Shown piece by piece: positions 1-9,895 of a DNA stretch of 64,000 nt. Position 1 is the stretch's first letter. Every line of letters starts with the position of its first letter. Origin of the DNA: Deltaproteobacteria bacterium (GTDB taxonomy: Bacteria > Desulfobacterota > Syntrophobacteria > BM002); assembly GCA_022340905.1 (NCBI GenBank), contig JAJDNB010000037.1:2150-66149 (forward strand), given 5' to 3'. The notes beneath the pieces were generated by a model that was given only the letters and a program-made list of their open reading frames with translations, had not been told where the DNA came from and did no database searches. The translations under genes were made by a program, and so were the position numbers.

Positions 1-234
1 TTCGATTGGATGCCCATTGATGCCTCCCTCAGCATTTATCTGCTCAGCAAGAAGTTCCATGGAGTTGCGCTCCGGCTCGCCCAAAAAAGACGCTGGTCCC
101 GTAATAGCAAAAATACCGCCTATCTTGTAAGGAGCCTTGGGTTCTTCTTTCTTACCGCAACTGTTACTTATCAGGAACACGGCTAGCAGCATACCTGCCA
201 AAATCAGATAATTCTGTCTTTTGCCTTTCTTCAT
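1..234 (-). CDS. ABC transporter substrate-binding protein, branched-chain amino acid (LivK-like) family; N-terminal part, gene runs off the window start
   Basis: Reverse-complement translation from the ATG at 234 gives MKKGKRQNYLILAGMLLAVFLISNSCGKKEEPKAPYKIGGIFAITGPASFLGEPERNSMELLAEQINAEGGINGHPIE. This has a lipoprotein signal and a Leu/Ile/Val-binding-protein-like N-terminus. An AAGGAGGAGGG RBS precedes the ATG. The track ORF 164..406 is in a different frame and is derived from a repeat. Confidence 0.6.
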   Translation of the reverse strand, partial: MKKGKRQNYLILAGMLLAVFLISNSCGKKEEPKAPYKIGGIFAITGPASFLGEPERNSMELLAEQINAEGGINGHPIE

Positions 235-304
235 GCTCCCTCCTCCTTATTTCCCCTTTCTCAGTTGACGAGGTCTTGTTTAAAAATAAGAGGATCACAC
301 CACA

Positions 305-398
305 AAGAACACAAAGGGCACAAAGAGAGAAGTAAAGTGCTCCTTGTTTTATGCTTTTTCTCTTTGTGTACTTCGTGCTCTTTGTGGTTAGGAACCCT
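305..398. repeat. Family A palindromic repeat, copy A1: three 9-bp units nnCACAAAG, loop, three inverted units
   Basis: Left arm caccacaaagaacacaaagggcacaaagagag; right arm ctctttgtgtacttcgtgctctttgtggt. Confidence 0.8.
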
Positions 399-419
399 GG
401 AGACAATCAACCAATGTTT

Positions 420-851
420 TCACATGGCGTAGAGTTTCTCACCCTCAATGACCGTAACTCCATTCCGTCCCAAAACCTCCACTGCACTGTCGGCATTGTC
501 AAATCGAAAAATTAGCACCGCGTTTTGACCACTTTGTTGTACGAATGCATACATGTACTCAACATTTATTCCACCATCGAAAAGAATTTGCAGAATCCTG
601 TTTAGTCCACCAGGCCGGTCGTCGACTTCCACGGCTACGACTTCGGTTCTGCCTACAGTGAAGCCACGTTCTTTGAGCACTTTCTTGGCTTTCTCGTGAT
701 CGTTGACAATGAGGCGCAGGATACCGAAGTCAGAGGTGTCGGCCAAAGATAAAGCTCGGATGTTTATGTCCGCTTTACCCAAGATTCCAGTAACCTCTGC
801 AAGCCTCCCAGCTTTATTCTCCAGGAATATAGAGATTTGCTCAACCTTCAT
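420..851 (-). CDS. ACT domain-containing protein
   Basis: 143 aa with tandem ACT-like regulatory domain signature ([20 protein letters not shown]...). This family is often found beside phenylacetate-CoA ligase genes. Confidence 0.75.
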   Translation of the reverse strand: MKVEQISIFLENKAGRLAEVTGILGKADINIRALSLADTSDFGILRLIVNDHEKAKKVLKERGFTVGRTEVVAVEVDDRPGGLNRILQILFDGGINVEYMYAFVQQSGQNAVLIFRFDNADSAVEVLGRNGVTVIEGEKLYAM

Positions 852-872
852 GCTATCCCTCCTTTGGCACGG

Positions 873-1082
873 GCATGTATTCTCTGGCTTAGCCGGTTTA
901 GCCGGTTTAGCCGATTATGCTGGTTACGTTGGTTATGACTGCTTAGGCTAACGCACTCTATTCATAGGTGAGTCCCTAGTTACTATTTAGCGTCATATAT
1001 TCGTTTCTTCGTCTAGCTTATAAACTGGTCTGCCATCCGGCCAAGGTTAACAACCGCTTAAACTGACTAAACTGGCTAAACT
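873..1082. repeat. Family G palindromic region: ggtttagcc tandem units, inverted gctaaact units
   Basis: cttagccggtttagccggtttagccg ... cggttaaactgactaaactggctaaactg in the ACT-paaK intergenic gap. Confidence 0.4.
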
Positions 1083-1085
1083 GCA

Positions 1086-2387
1086 TTATATTTCTCTCTT
1101 GTCCATTACCCGAACAGCCTTACCCTCAGTCCTTTGAATGGATTTAGGCTCCACCAGTTTGACCTGCGCCGCAACTCCCAACATCTCTTTGATATTCTTT
1201 TCTAGACTTTGCTCCATAGCTTGCATATTCTTGACTTCATCAGAAAAGATTCTTTCATTCACCTCCACCATCACAGTAAGGGTGTCTAATCTTCCCTCCC
1301 TTTCCACTACCAACTGGTAGTGAGGCTCGATACCATCAAATTCCATGATGACGCTTTCGATTTGGGAGGGGAAAACATTGACACCACGGATTATCAGCAT
1401 GTCGTCACTTCGGCCTCGTACTCTCCCCATGCGCACCATGGTACGACCACAGCGGCAAGGTTCAGGATGAAGAATTGAAATGTCGCGGGTTCTGTAGCGA
1501 ATGACGGGGAAAGCCTCTTTGGTGATGGTGGTGAACACGAGCTCTCCAGGTGTGTTGTACGGCAAGACCTCTTCAGTGTCTGGATCGATGATTTCAGGAA
1601 TAAAATGGTCCTCAAAAATGTGCAAACCATTCTGCGCTTCAATACACTCCACGGAAACACCCGGTCCAATAATCTCGCTGAGACCATAGATGTCCATCGC
1701 TTTGAGGTTGAGCTTCTTCTCGATCTCCTCCCGCATCTGCTCGGACCAGGGCTCAGCGCCAAAAATGCCCGCCTTGAAATGGAGCTCGCGGAAATTGATA
1801 CCCATCTCCTCCGCCACTTCTCCAATCATTAAGGCGTAGGAGGGGGTGCAGGTCAAAATGGTAGGAGCGAAATCTTTCATTATCATCACTTGACGCTTGG
1901 TATTCCCCCCAGAGATGGGAATAACCGAAGCCCCCAGTTTTTCCGCTCCATAGTGGAAACCGAGACCGCCCGTAAAAAGACCGTAACCATAGGCATTATG
2001 AATCATATCTCCTTTGGTGGCTCCCCCTGCCATGAGAGTTCGTGCCATGAGTTCAGACCAGGTCTGGATGTCTCTGGCTGTGTAGCCCACAACGGTAGGC
2101 TTTCCTGTGGTACCGGAAGAGGCATGGATACGAACCACATTATCCATGGGCACGGTAAACATACCAAATGGATAGTTGTCACGAAGATTGTCTTTGTAGG
2201 TAAAAGGGAGTTTCCTTAAATCATCTAGCGAGCGTATATGGTCTGGTTTAAGCCCTGCCTCGTCAAAACGCTTCTGGTAAAATGGCACTGTGCTGTAGAC
2301 TCTTGCAACTACCGACTGCAGTCGTCTCAGTTGAATGGCTTCCAGAGCCTCCCTGGGCATGGTTTCATACTCTTCGTTGTAGATCAT
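1086..2387 (-). CDS. paaK: phenylacetate--CoA ligase (PaaK / coenzyme F390 synthetase family)
   Basis: 433 aa with PaaK family hallmarks ([30 protein letters not shown]-binding motif). Confidence 0.85.
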   Translation of the reverse strand: MIYNEEYETMPREALEAIQLRRLQSVVARVYSTVPFYQKRFDEAGLKPDHIRSLDDLRKLPFTYKDNLRDNYPFGMFTVPMDNVVRIHASSGTTGKPTVVGYTARDIQTWSELMARTLMAGGATKGDMIHNAYGYGLFTGGLGFHYGAEKLGASVIPISGGNTKRQVMIMKDFAPTILTCTPSYALMIGEVAEEMGINFRELHFKAGIFGAEPWSEQMREEIEKKLNLKAMDIYGLSEIIGPGVSVECIEAQNGLHIFEDHFIPEIIDPDTEEVLPYNTPGELVFTTITKEAFPVIRYRTRDISILHPEPCRCGRTMVRMGRVRGRSDDMLIIRGVNVFPSQIESVIMEFDGIEPHYQLVVEREGRLDTLTVMVEVNERIFSDEVKNMQAMEQSLEKNIKEMLGVAAQVKLVEPKSIQRTEGKAVRVMDKREI

Positions 2388-2465
2388 TTGACCTCCTCGT
2401 CAACAGCAATAATGACTCACTTGCTCCTGTTTTTATCAGACCGTCAAACCAAAGTATTAAACACC

Positions 2466-3455
2466 TCAGAAGGAGAATTTTAAAGACAGACTCAGGGTTG
2501 GCGCCCGGGGCTGATTCAAACTCTCCAGTTCGTAAGGGGCAAGCCTCTGTTGTTGTCTCCTCTCTTCTCGATCGTTGTACTTGTGAGCTACGTTTACGGC
2601 GCTATAAATGTTTCCTCCGTAAAAGGCCGCAGTGACTACCGCCAATGCCACTCCCACTCCATCGTGGCCCTGGTTGAAGGCCTCGTAGGTGGCATAAGCA
2701 AAAGCACCGGTGAACACAAGGGCTATGGTTCCGTCTCGAGGTCGCTCGCAATAAAAGTGGCCCGCCCCAGGGAGAATCGCTGCTAAAAATCCTGCCAGAG
2801 TGGGATTCTTCCCATGTGTTTGTGATTCCTCTGCCACGATTTTTTGCACTTCCATGGCTGACCAGTATCGGGAGTCGCCGCTACCCACCTGTCGCAACGC
2901 TTCATCAGCTTCCAACCAGCGGCCTTCTTTGGCATAACTCAGGCCAATGAGATACCAGGCCTCTGACTCCAATGGTCTACCAGGAAGGTCTGCAATGATG
3001 GAACGATACTCCTCTCTCGCCTTTTCGCCTTTTCCCATCTCCCCGAAGGAGCGAGCTTTGAGGAAACGCGCCTCCCATTTCAGTGAACTTTCGGGATATT
3101 CACGGAGAAAAGAGTCTGCAGCCTCCACTGCTCTTTGCCATCGGTTGCCTCGAAAGTAGCAGCGGACAATCTTAAGAGCAGCATTGGGGGCCTGCAAATC
3201 ATTAGGGTAGAGAAATAAAAAACGCTCATACTCACCAATTGCTCGGAAATACTCTTGTTGGGAAAAAAGGTAATCAGCAAAGTCCAGAATCTGTTGGGCA
3301 GGGAGGTCAAGAGGAGAGCTTGTTTTCTGGGCTTCAGCAGACATTGTCGAGGCTAAAATGAGCGTGAATACAATGGCAGCTAAAAACGAGCGGCTAAGGG
3401 AAGCAGAAGAGGTCTCGGGCCGGATAAACGCTTTATCAACAACTCGTTGTGGCAT
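2466..3455 (-). CDS. tetratricopeptide-repeat protein with signal peptide and C-terminal transmembrane segments
   Basis: 329 aa with an N-terminal signal-like segment, TPR-like helical repeats and C-terminal hydrophobic helices. Confidence 0.55.
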   Translation of the reverse strand: MPQRVVDKAFIRPETSSASLSRSFLAAIVFTLILASTMSAEAQKTSSPLDLPAQQILDFADYLFSQQEYFRAIGEYERFLFLYPNDLQAPNAALKIVRCYFRGNRWQRAVEAADSFLREYPESSLKWEARFLKARSFGEMGKGEKAREEYRSIIADLPGRPLESEAWYLIGLSYAKEGRWLEADEALRQVGSGDSRYWSAMEVQKIVAEESQTHGKNPTLAGFLAAILPGAGHFYCERPRDGTIALVFTGAFAYATYEAFNQGHDGVGVALAVVTAAFYGGNIYSAVNVAHKYNDREERRQQQRLAPYELESLNQPRAPTLSLSLKFSF

Positions 3456-3485
3456 TAGCAGGATACCAAATCTGACTGTTTAACT

Positions 3486-3566
3486 CAAAAAGCCGTGGAA
3501 ACCGCCTACCCCACGGCTTTAAAAACAAAAGCCATGGGCTCACTTTCCTGTCCGCCCATGGCTTAG
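3486..3566 (-). terminator. tandem rho-independent terminators downstream of the 3743..4459 gene
   Basis: On the minus strand: aagccatgggcggacaggaaagtgagcccatggctt + ttgttttt, then aaagccgtggggtaggcggtttccacggcttt + ttgagtt. Confidence 0.5.
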
Positions 3567-3742
3567 GTGCTCACCTCTGTACCGGCTTACCTCTTCAACC
3601 AAAGGGCAGACTTCTCAAAGAAGAAGCCGCCGGAGGGAAAGTCAGTTTGAAAGCCGGCAAACTGCATAGATTCCTCAGTTCCTATGGGGCGTTAAATTAT
3701 ATAAGTATTGGATACTTGTCAAGTTAATTCTTGACCTGCGAG

Positions 3743-4459
3743 TTAACCCCCTTCTACAGATTTTTCCTCCTGCCGCCACCGCTGGAGTTTTATCCTGAGC
3801 CACTCGCCAAAAAGAGGAGCCGGGCTTTGGTTGAGGTAATTGTCATAGTGAACCATTGCTTGCGTTTTGTCGCCCATAGCCTCGTAAACTCTGCCGAGGT
3901 AAAGTTGGACCTGCGTTTGGTAGACCGGGGCTCCCTCCTTGGCAAGAAGCTGGTATATCTTTAAGGCATCCTCATACGATCCCTTGGTCTCATAAGTTTC
4001 ACCCAAACTCACCAAGACCGGATCCCGGAGGGGATTGGTGCGATCTGTCCGCTGGAGAAAATCGTTGTAGCAGGCTATGGCCTTATCATATAACCCCTGC
4101 CCAAAATAGATGTTTCCGAGATCCACCAGCGCATCGGTGGCCACAGTGGTCGATCCATACTGCTGCAGTATCTTCTCTAGCGCAGCAGTGGTTTGAAAAT
4201 ATTCAGTCGCGTTATTGTCGCCTAGCGATCCAGTAGGATACTGGGCTAGGGCTTTCTGGTAAAGATCCGCAGCTTTTGCTTCACGATGGGCCTTAAAGAC
4301 AAAAATTGCACCCCCAACTACAAAGATCAGAGCAAATCCTGCCGCCACTCCCGATAGAATCTTCACATTTTCCCTACACCAGGTCATGGCCTTGGCACCA
4401 AAAGTTATGAATTCGTCTGGTTTCTTGACTGCTTTTCTCTTTATTTTTCTTTTTGCCAA
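3743..4459 (-). CDS. membrane-anchored TPR-repeat protein
   Basis: 238 aa with a basic N-terminus, one TM helix (ILSGVAAGFALIFVVGGAIFVF) and TPR-like repeats. Confidence 0.55.
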   Translation of the reverse strand: MAKRKIKRKAVKKPDEFITFGAKAMTWCRENVKILSGVAAGFALIFVVGGAIFVFKAHREAKAADLYQKALAQYPTGSLGDNNATEYFQTTAALEKILQQYGSTTVATDALVDLGNIYFGQGLYDKAIACYNDFLQRTDRTNPLRDPVLVSLGETYETKGSYEDALKIYQLLAKEGAPVYQTQVQLYLGRVYEAMGDKTQAMVHYDNYLNQSPAPLFGEWLRIKLQRWRQEEKSVEGG

Positions 4460-4648
4460 ATGTTCTCCTCCTGATAACGCTTTTGGGGCGGGCAGTAACG
4501 ATTTCTGATTTTCGATTTGACTATAAGCTGGTTAGTTTGTCCATTCTAAAAAGTCTGCATTCTCCAATCTCAAATTTCCACTGACTGTCCGCTGCCTGCT
4601 TGCCCTGAGCCCGCTTGCTCTGAGCTTGTCGAATGGGTCGAAGGGCTG

Positions 4649-5311
4649 CTAGCTGCCCATTCTCTTTGCCTCTCTCAGGATTGCACCACCCACCAAATTT
4701 ACCAAAGCCCAGATAACATCCAGAGGGAAATGTTTCTCTATAGAAGCGTCAAAAGTAACTACCAAGCGAGCAGAAAATTCTTCATCCGCAAGCCAGAGAA
4801 TATAACCAAGGGGAATCTTTGGTAAAGGCCAGAGGCGAAAGGAAACATCTCCAAATTCAGTCTGGCCACCTCCAAGTCGAAGACCTACTTCCTTAAAGGT
4901 TTGACCATCTCGACCGAATCTTTCTTCCAAAGGCCGGGTGAAAAGAACGTGGGGACCCCTAAAAAAAAAGTCACCACCCTTGATCTCGCTGCCGGTCACC
5001 ATCCGGCCTGTAAGTCCAATCGGCCGGCTGCGAATCAGGTAGGTTAACAACACCAAATAAAATTGAAAAGAGAGTCTTCGTGGACCGTCGTTATCGAGAC
5101 ACTCAATTCTCCGATTATCGGGATAACATCCGTAGGTCTGCTGTAGGAAAGGAATTTGGTAGCAGCCGCGCTTCTGATCATATGCCACCGCGGCACGACT
5201 GCACACTTCACTCACCTCCATAGACGAAAGGGCACTCCAGAGATTGGGGTCGATTTCGGCAGGATCTTCATAAATTCCCCGTGCCCTTTTATTCAAATCG
5301 CTTTCACCCAC
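4649..5311 (-). CDS. hypothetical protein (possibly DUF3786-like)
   Basis: 220 aa long ORF. The family call comes from weak memory of DUF3786 proteins that neighbour Fe-S domain proteins. Confidence 0.45.
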   Translation of the reverse strand: MGESDLNKRARGIYEDPAEIDPNLWSALSSMEVSEVCSRAAVAYDQKRGCYQIPFLQQTYGCYPDNRRIECLDNDGPRRLSFQFYLVLLTYLIRSRPIGLTGRMVTGSEIKGGDFFFRGPHVLFTRPLEERFGRDGQTFKEVGLRLGGGQTEFGDVSFRLWPLPKIPLGYILWLADEEFSARLVVTFDASIEKHFPLDVIWALVNLVGGAILREAKRMGS

Positions 5312-5334
5312 AGGTCACTCAAATCAATCAGATC

Positions 5335-5445
5335 ATTAAAGTCGTTCAAACCCTTGAAATCCTGAAAACCGTCTATCCCAGAGGTCAGAAGTCCGAGACC
5401 AGAAGTCGCTTTAACTCTGACCTCTGACCTCTGATCTCTGATTTC
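5335..5445. repeat. Family C palindromic repeat, copy C1 (gaggtcaga-type units)
   Basis: gtcgttcaaa...cgtctatcccagaggtcagaagtccgagaccagaagtc ... ctctgacctctgacctctgatctctgat. Confidence 0.7.
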
Positions 5446-5461
5446 CGCTAGCTGCTGTCTC

Positions 5462-5833
5462 CTACTTCTCCTTGGCCTCACCAGGCACGTCAGGAGCGTT
5501 CTCATCTATGCTCTCCAGGACTTTCTCTATGAGGCTTCTCGCTTCCCCTTCGTAATCGCCGGGCACCAGAATGGCACCCCAACCCATCTGGGTTACAAAA
5601 AGTCCATCGTAGGCTGTTTCCTCAAACCGCCGCAACATGGTCGGAATACACTCCTCACTTAATGCCTGCATCAACAAATCGGCCTCAAAGCGATTCTCCA
5701 CCGTATGAATCCTTACCATGTCTGATTGATCGAAGGACGACTCAGTCGCCTCTTCACTTGTCGAGTCTGCATCTTTTCCTTCTCTGACAGTTTGCGGCAA
5801 AGAAAGATCCAAATCTATTACTCTAGAGGCCAT
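5462..5833 (-). CDS. DUF2007-like small protein (putative signal-transducing protein)
   Basis: 123 aa. The core MVRIHTVENRFEADLLMQALSEECIP...GWGAILVP matches the DUF2007 pattern. Confidence 0.45.
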   Translation of the reverse strand: MASRVIDLDLSLPQTVREGKDADSTSEEATESSFDQSDMVRIHTVENRFEADLLMQALSEECIPTMLRRFEETAYDGLFVTQMGWGAILVPGDYEGEARSLIEKVLESIDENAPDVPGEAKEK

Positions 5834-5911
5834 CGCACTTACCCTCCCATATCCAAATTCACTGGACCTAGCTTTCGGCTGCCCCGACAGGGGGCTGTAA
5901 AAAAGAGCCTC

Positions 5912-6562
5912 TTAGTGCAGGTCATATTCGGCCTGTTCAAGCATCTGACGGAGTCGTCCCCGTTGTCTATTATATTCTTTTCCTAGCAGGATCTTACAAG
6001 TACTCGCCTTCAACTCCCTACTGACCACCCTGGCGGCAAATGCCATACAGGTGGTCTCGCCACACTCACCACAGTTGGTCCCTGGCAGTTCGCGGTAGAC
6101 AGTGAGAGGATCGAGTCTGGCATGTTTCCGCAGTGTTGGCGTAATGCTCTCCCGCTGCTTGTCTACCTGGTTAATCATATTCCTGAGCTCTTTGCACACT
6201 TGCCTGGCCTCTGCTTCGTCCGAAAGAGCGGTCACTGTGATTTGCCTGGATCGAATGGCAATTATGTGGCCCCCCTCCATGTAGTTGAGTTCCCCTGTGC
6301 CGTCGATGTAAGTGCATCCCCGAATAACTGTGGCAAGGTAAGGAAGTAAATGACCAATATCTACTTCAATGTCGACTATTGCATTGAACTTGGTCGAGGT
6401 GGGCATGCACTCAATGTTTACGAGTTTAAAATTAAGTTGATCAATGAGCATAGCTAAATCCCTTACAAACCAGCCAGGATATCTTACGACGGAACTTCGA
6501 AATCCCAAAGAAATAGAAAGCAGACGATCTGGGATGTGAGATGTGGGATAGGTGAAAATCAA
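5912..6562 (-). CDS. Fe-S cluster domain protein (CFeSP large-subunit N-terminal-type 4Fe-4S motif)
   Basis: C-terminal LPGTNCGECGETTCMAFAARVVSRE matches the Cys motif of the putative Fe-S cluster domain family (corrinoid Fe-S protein / RACo N-terminus). Confidence 0.5.
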   Translation of the reverse strand: MIFTYPTSHIPDRLLSISLGFRSSVVRYPGWFVRDLAMLIDQLNFKLVNIECMPTSTKFNAIVDIEVDIGHLLPYLATVIRGCTYIDGTGELNYMEGGHIIAIRSRQITVTALSDEAEARQVCKELRNMINQVDKQRESITPTLRKHARLDPLTVYRELPGTNCGECGETTCMAFAARVVSRELKASTCKILLGKEYNRQRGRLRQMLEQAEYDLH

Positions 6563-6605
6563 CGACGTCTTTCAGTATCTCATATCTCACATCACACATC
6601 TCGCG
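6515..6605. repeat. Family D palindromic repeat, copy D1 (gatgtgagat-type units)
   Basis: gatctgggatgtgagatgtgggata ... tatctcatatctcacatcacacatctcg. Confidence 0.65.
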
Positions 6606-6637
6606 TCAGTATAGCCGTAATCGTTGTAATAATCCTC

Positions 6638-7066
6638 TCAGCCTGCTCCCCCTGAAAGGATCTCATATGCTTTTTGAATTTCCTGAAATTTTTCTTTGGC
6701 TAGCTGCTGAAATTCCTCTCCCAGATGCGACACCCGATCAGGATGGTATCGCTGGGCTTGCTTTCTGAATGCGCTCTTAATCTCCTGCTTGCTTGCATTC
6801 CGAGGCACTCCTAGGATCTGGTATGGATCCTTTTCTGCTTCATTTCGTGGATCGGGGCCTACCCGGTTTGATCTTCCAGAGGTGTGGCTCCTCGTTTGTC
6901 CATTGGCTCTGGCCAATACTCTTTTGACAAACCAATAGGCAAGAATCAGGAGGACAAGATCGTCCACCCAGCCCAAACCCACAAGCGTGTCTGGAATGGC
7001 ATCTATAGGGCTGGCCAAATAAAGCAGTCCGAGGAGCAAAGGCCAGTAGCGTTTCAGCCAAAGCAT
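6638..7066 (-). CDS. membrane protein with DUF1232 (YkvA-like) N-terminus and C-terminal J domain
   Basis: 142 aa. The N-terminus has TM segments. The C-terminal J domain is [33 protein letters not shown] with the HPD motif. Confidence 0.7.
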   Translation of the reverse strand: MLWLKRYWPLLLGLLYLASPIDAIPDTLVGLGWVDDLVLLILAYWFVKRVLARANGQTRSHTSGRSNRVGPDPRNEAEKDPYQILGVPRNASKQEIKSAFRKQAQRYHPDRVSHLGEEFQQLAKEKFQEIQKAYEILSGGAG

Positions 7067-7139
7067 AATCGCACCGTGTTATTACGAACCCTTTTATTGC
7101 TAGACACCTTACGATATCAGGTATCCCCTGACAAAAGCA

Positions 7140-7195
7140 ACAAGGTCGAACAACAAAGAATACAGCATAGCGCATGGAGCATAGCGCATGGCGAA
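7140..7195. repeat. Family F direct repeat (catagcgcatgg x2)
   Basis: cagcatagcgcatggagcatagcgcatggcg. It is related to the arms of the repeat at 21690-21910. Confidence 0.4.
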
Positions 7196-7273
7196 AAAAA
7201 TGGTAAACACTCTGCGGTTGGGGCTCTACCCCTTCCGTCAAGTGCTTTCTTCGCGGTTAAATCTCCCCTTCTG

Positions 7274-8110
7274 TCAGTCGGCTGGTCGCCGTCGGATGCC
7301 GAGAGCACGCCAGAGTTCTCTGCGATACTTCCTACTGGTCCCCAAATCGATCTCAGCAAAATACACTTGTTCGCGGTCATCCAACTCCACCTTCACCCAA
7401 GCCACCAAACTATCTGCGCCTCGTAACCATATTAGGAAATCGTCTCGGCTCGCCAGTTGGGGCGGCTGGATAATAATGCTTTTCCCTCCAAAGTGACGAT
7501 AGGCCCGCCCTTTCACTCTCCAGTTGAAACTGGCCGTGTTAATCCCCACAACGGGAATATAGTTGTCAAATGCCCGCACCAAAGCAGCTTCTTTCCAGTG
7601 GTCTCGCAGAACAGGGAAAATTGACTGATTAATAATCATCTCAGCGCCCTTGTCAGTTAGCACTCGAGCCGCCTCCGGCTGTGCCCAGAAATCGATAGAC
7701 AGTGCAAGACCTAGCCTACCGAAGTCGGTTGTAAACACTTTGAAAGTGTCGTCAGCGGGCGAAATGCCAAAATAACGTTGCTCCAGAACTCCTGTGCTGG
7801 CCTTACGTTGACGGCCCACAATCAAACCTTTCCTATCGAACAGTGTGGCCGTTCCGAATTTCTTATTGGCCATTTCTTCCACCAGTCCGGCAACAATGTA
7901 ACAACGAAGTTCGCTCGCGGCTTGGGCTAAAATTTCTTCACCTGCCCAGGGGAAATATTCCGGTAGGCAGACCACATCCAAGTCTTTGCCCCGGCATTTA
8001 TCCAGCAGTCTAATAGCATGGCCAACATTTCGAGGATCGTCTAGTTGCGCGTATGGCTTTGCCTGAATCAGGGCAACTCGGATGGTATCTTTCATAACTC
8101 TAGAACTCAC
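7274..8110 (-). CDS. carbon-nitrogen hydrolase family protein (nitrilase/amidohydrolase superfamily)
   Basis: 278 aa. IRVALIQAKP at the start and overall CN-hydrolase architecture. Confidence 0.75.
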   Translation of the reverse strand: MSSRVMKDTIRVALIQAKPYAQLDDPRNVGHAIRLLDKCRGKDLDVVCLPEYFPWAGEEILAQAASELRCYIVAGLVEEMANKKFGTATLFDRKGLIVGRQRKASTGVLEQRYFGISPADDTFKVFTTDFGRLGLALSIDFWAQPEAARVLTDKGAEMIINQSIFPVLRDHWKEAALVRAFDNYIPVVGINTASFNWRVKGRAYRHFGGKSIIIQPPQLASRDDFLIWLRGADSLVAWVKVELDDREQVYFAEIDLGTSRKYRRELWRALGIRRRPAD

Positions 8111-8274
8111 AAGCAGTGATCACTGTCAAAAATGTCAGGCACATGCTCCCTTAGTAGACACTCCAGCAGATACTCCTATAACCCAGGAATTGCCGCAAAG
8201 TCTCGATAAACTCTTTGCGCACCGCTTCAAATGCGTTTGCATCTTCGTGTAACTCGAAGTGATGGAAAGAGGTG

Positions 8275-9051
8275 CTACCCTGTTTGTTTTAGCTGCGCAT
8301 CAACTACTAGGGGGAAGTGATCTGATGGATAGCGACCCCCTATTTGATCTCTCACGATGAGAACGTCTTCGATTATAAATTCGGGGGTTACCAAGATCCA
8401 GTCTATTCTGCCCTGAGCCGGTACTCCAGTAAAACCATGATGAGTGTAACTGCTATCATCTTCAGCTTTGTCAGCCAGCTGCCAGCTATCACCAAAGGGG
8501 CCCAAAGGCTTCCTCAAGGTTTTGTGCACCTCCGAGCCGGGGAGGTCATTAAAATCCCCTAACAAGATCACAGGCTCTTTCCTCTCAACCGCCCAGGCGC
8601 GAATCATTTTGGCCCCTTCAAGCCGTGCAGGGCCCGAGATGTGATCCAGGTGTGTCACTGAGGCCCAGATTCGCTTACCACTATCTTTCATTTCTAACAG
8701 ACTATGGCTAATCATCCGGGGAAAGGCCGAATCCCAACTTTTACTCATGTGTACTTCCGGTGTCTCTGATAGCCAAAATTCACTGTGTTTCACCACGGCA
8801 AAGTAATCCTTTAGATAATACAAAGTTGGATACTGGCAGTGATCGTCCCAAGCTCGCGAGTCCGCCGATATTTGATATCCTTTTAAATTATCCCTGAGGA
8901 ACATTAGCATCGAGGGCTTACCCTCCTGAGTTCCCAGCAGATGGGGGCGATATTGTTGAATTGTCTTCACCAGGAAATTACGGCGATTGAGCCAATGGTT
9001 TTCGCCGTCAAAATCATTTTCAAAACGGAGATTGAAGGTCATTACGCGCAA
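8275..9051 (-). CDS. endonuclease/exonuclease/phosphatase (EEP) family protein
   Basis: 258 aa. MTFNLRFEND...GTQEG...SDHFPLVV are EEP motifs. A TTG start with an AGGAGAG RBS directly abuts repeat B1. Confidence 0.75.
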   Translation of the reverse strand: MRVMTFNLRFENDFDGENHWLNRRNFLVKTIQQYRPHLLGTQEGKPSMLMFLRDNLKGYQISADSRAWDDHCQYPTLYYLKDYFAVVKHSEFWLSETPEVHMSKSWDSAFPRMISHSLLEMKDSGKRIWASVTHLDHISGPARLEGAKMIRAWAVERKEPVILLGDFNDLPGSEVHKTLRKPLGPFGDSWQLADKAEDDSSYTHHGFTGVPAQGRIDWILVTPEFIIEDVLIVRDQIGGRYPSDHFPLVVDAQLKQTG

Positions 9052-9066
9052 GAGAATCTCTCCTTT

Positions 9067-9250
9067 AACCCGGATATTTCATGAATTTCTGTTGCGAGAT
9101 CACGAAGATGGGCGTGCCACCTGGCAACCACAGGGTGTTGGTTCCGAGGCGTACCTGCATGGTACGTCGCAGGGACCGACACCCGAGGACGCCTGGAAGG
9201 ACGGCCATATCCGTGGTCGCAGCAAGTGATTCATGAAATATCCGGGTTAG
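9067..9250. mobile_element. Family B 185-bp MITE-like element, copy B1
   Basis: Termini cccggatatttcatgaat ... attcatgaaatatccggg. The whole element is an imperfect long hairpin. Flanks are ttaa / ttag. Confidence 0.75.
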
Positions 9251-9388
9251 CTTCTGTTGCCATGGACATGGGTTGGATAATTGCGCAAAATCATACATAA
9301 TCGAAATAGGAGCTTGCAAGGGAAAGATACGCGTAGGGGCTAGATGGCAAGGACTGGGAATGAGGGAAGGATAATTTTTACTCTGTGA

Positions 9389-9835
9389 CTACCTGGGAGT
9401 AGGCTGCCCGGCACAGCACGGGCAAGCAGGGGCATGGGAGAACTCCATTTCGCAGAGCTGATATTCCTCCATCCAATCTGCTAGAATCTCACGTTGCTCT
9501 TCATCTAAAACATGGACTGCCTCCTTTATGTCCCCTAAAGATTCGTCCTTGCCTGTCCATATGCGAGCGAGAAGGGTAAGGAGCAGTCGATCTTGGACAC
9601 TTAGCTTAAGATTGTCGATATCGCGGAGAATCATTAGCAGGTCAAATTCCTTTGTGCCGCAGTTCCAGTACCTCTGCCATTTGAAAGGAAGGCAGCGCTG
9701 CATTAGTTCCATAAACCGCAGTTTTCGGTTCTTGTTATTCACCGAATGCATCAAGATCCCCACCTTAAGAGCAACAGGTTTGTTCATTAACAGATTTTGA
9801 GCTGAAATCCCAGCAAAATCGGCCGCTCCCACCAA
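9389..9835 (-). CDS. hypothetical protein
   Basis: 148 aa ORF with Cys-rich C-terminus (CPCCAG). No family recognised. Confidence 0.35.
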   Translation of the reverse strand: MVGAADFAGISAQNLLMNKPVALKVGILMHSVNNKNRKLRFMELMQRCLPFKWQRYWNCGTKEFDLLMILRDIDNLKLSVQDRLLLTLLARIWTGKDESLGDIKEAVHVLDEEQREILADWMEEYQLCEMEFSHAPACPCCAGQPTPR

Positions 9836-9895
9836 ACTCGGAAAACGAAAAGGATTTGGCAGTTCCCTATCGATTAGCTAAGGAAAAGCAAACTT

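Noticed and set aside
164-406. 80-aa ORF (track) with CALCVLCG
   Set aside because: It is the translation of family-A repeat A1 in a frame shifted by one nucleotide relative to the adjacent substrate-binding-protein gene, and it has no RBS of its own.
5860-5900. Hairpin ggctgccccgacagggggctg as a terminator
   Set aside because: The arms are not truly complementary beyond 4-5 bp, and the U-run is on the wrong side for the minus-strand gene.
8987-9319. ORFs 8987..9229(+) and 9065..9319(-) inside repeat B1, and likewise 12909..13163(+) and 13055..13576(+) in B2
   Set aside because: They lie entirely within the multi-copy family-B element. Their apparent conservation is nucleotide conservation of the repeat. 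They have no RBS and appear in both orientations.
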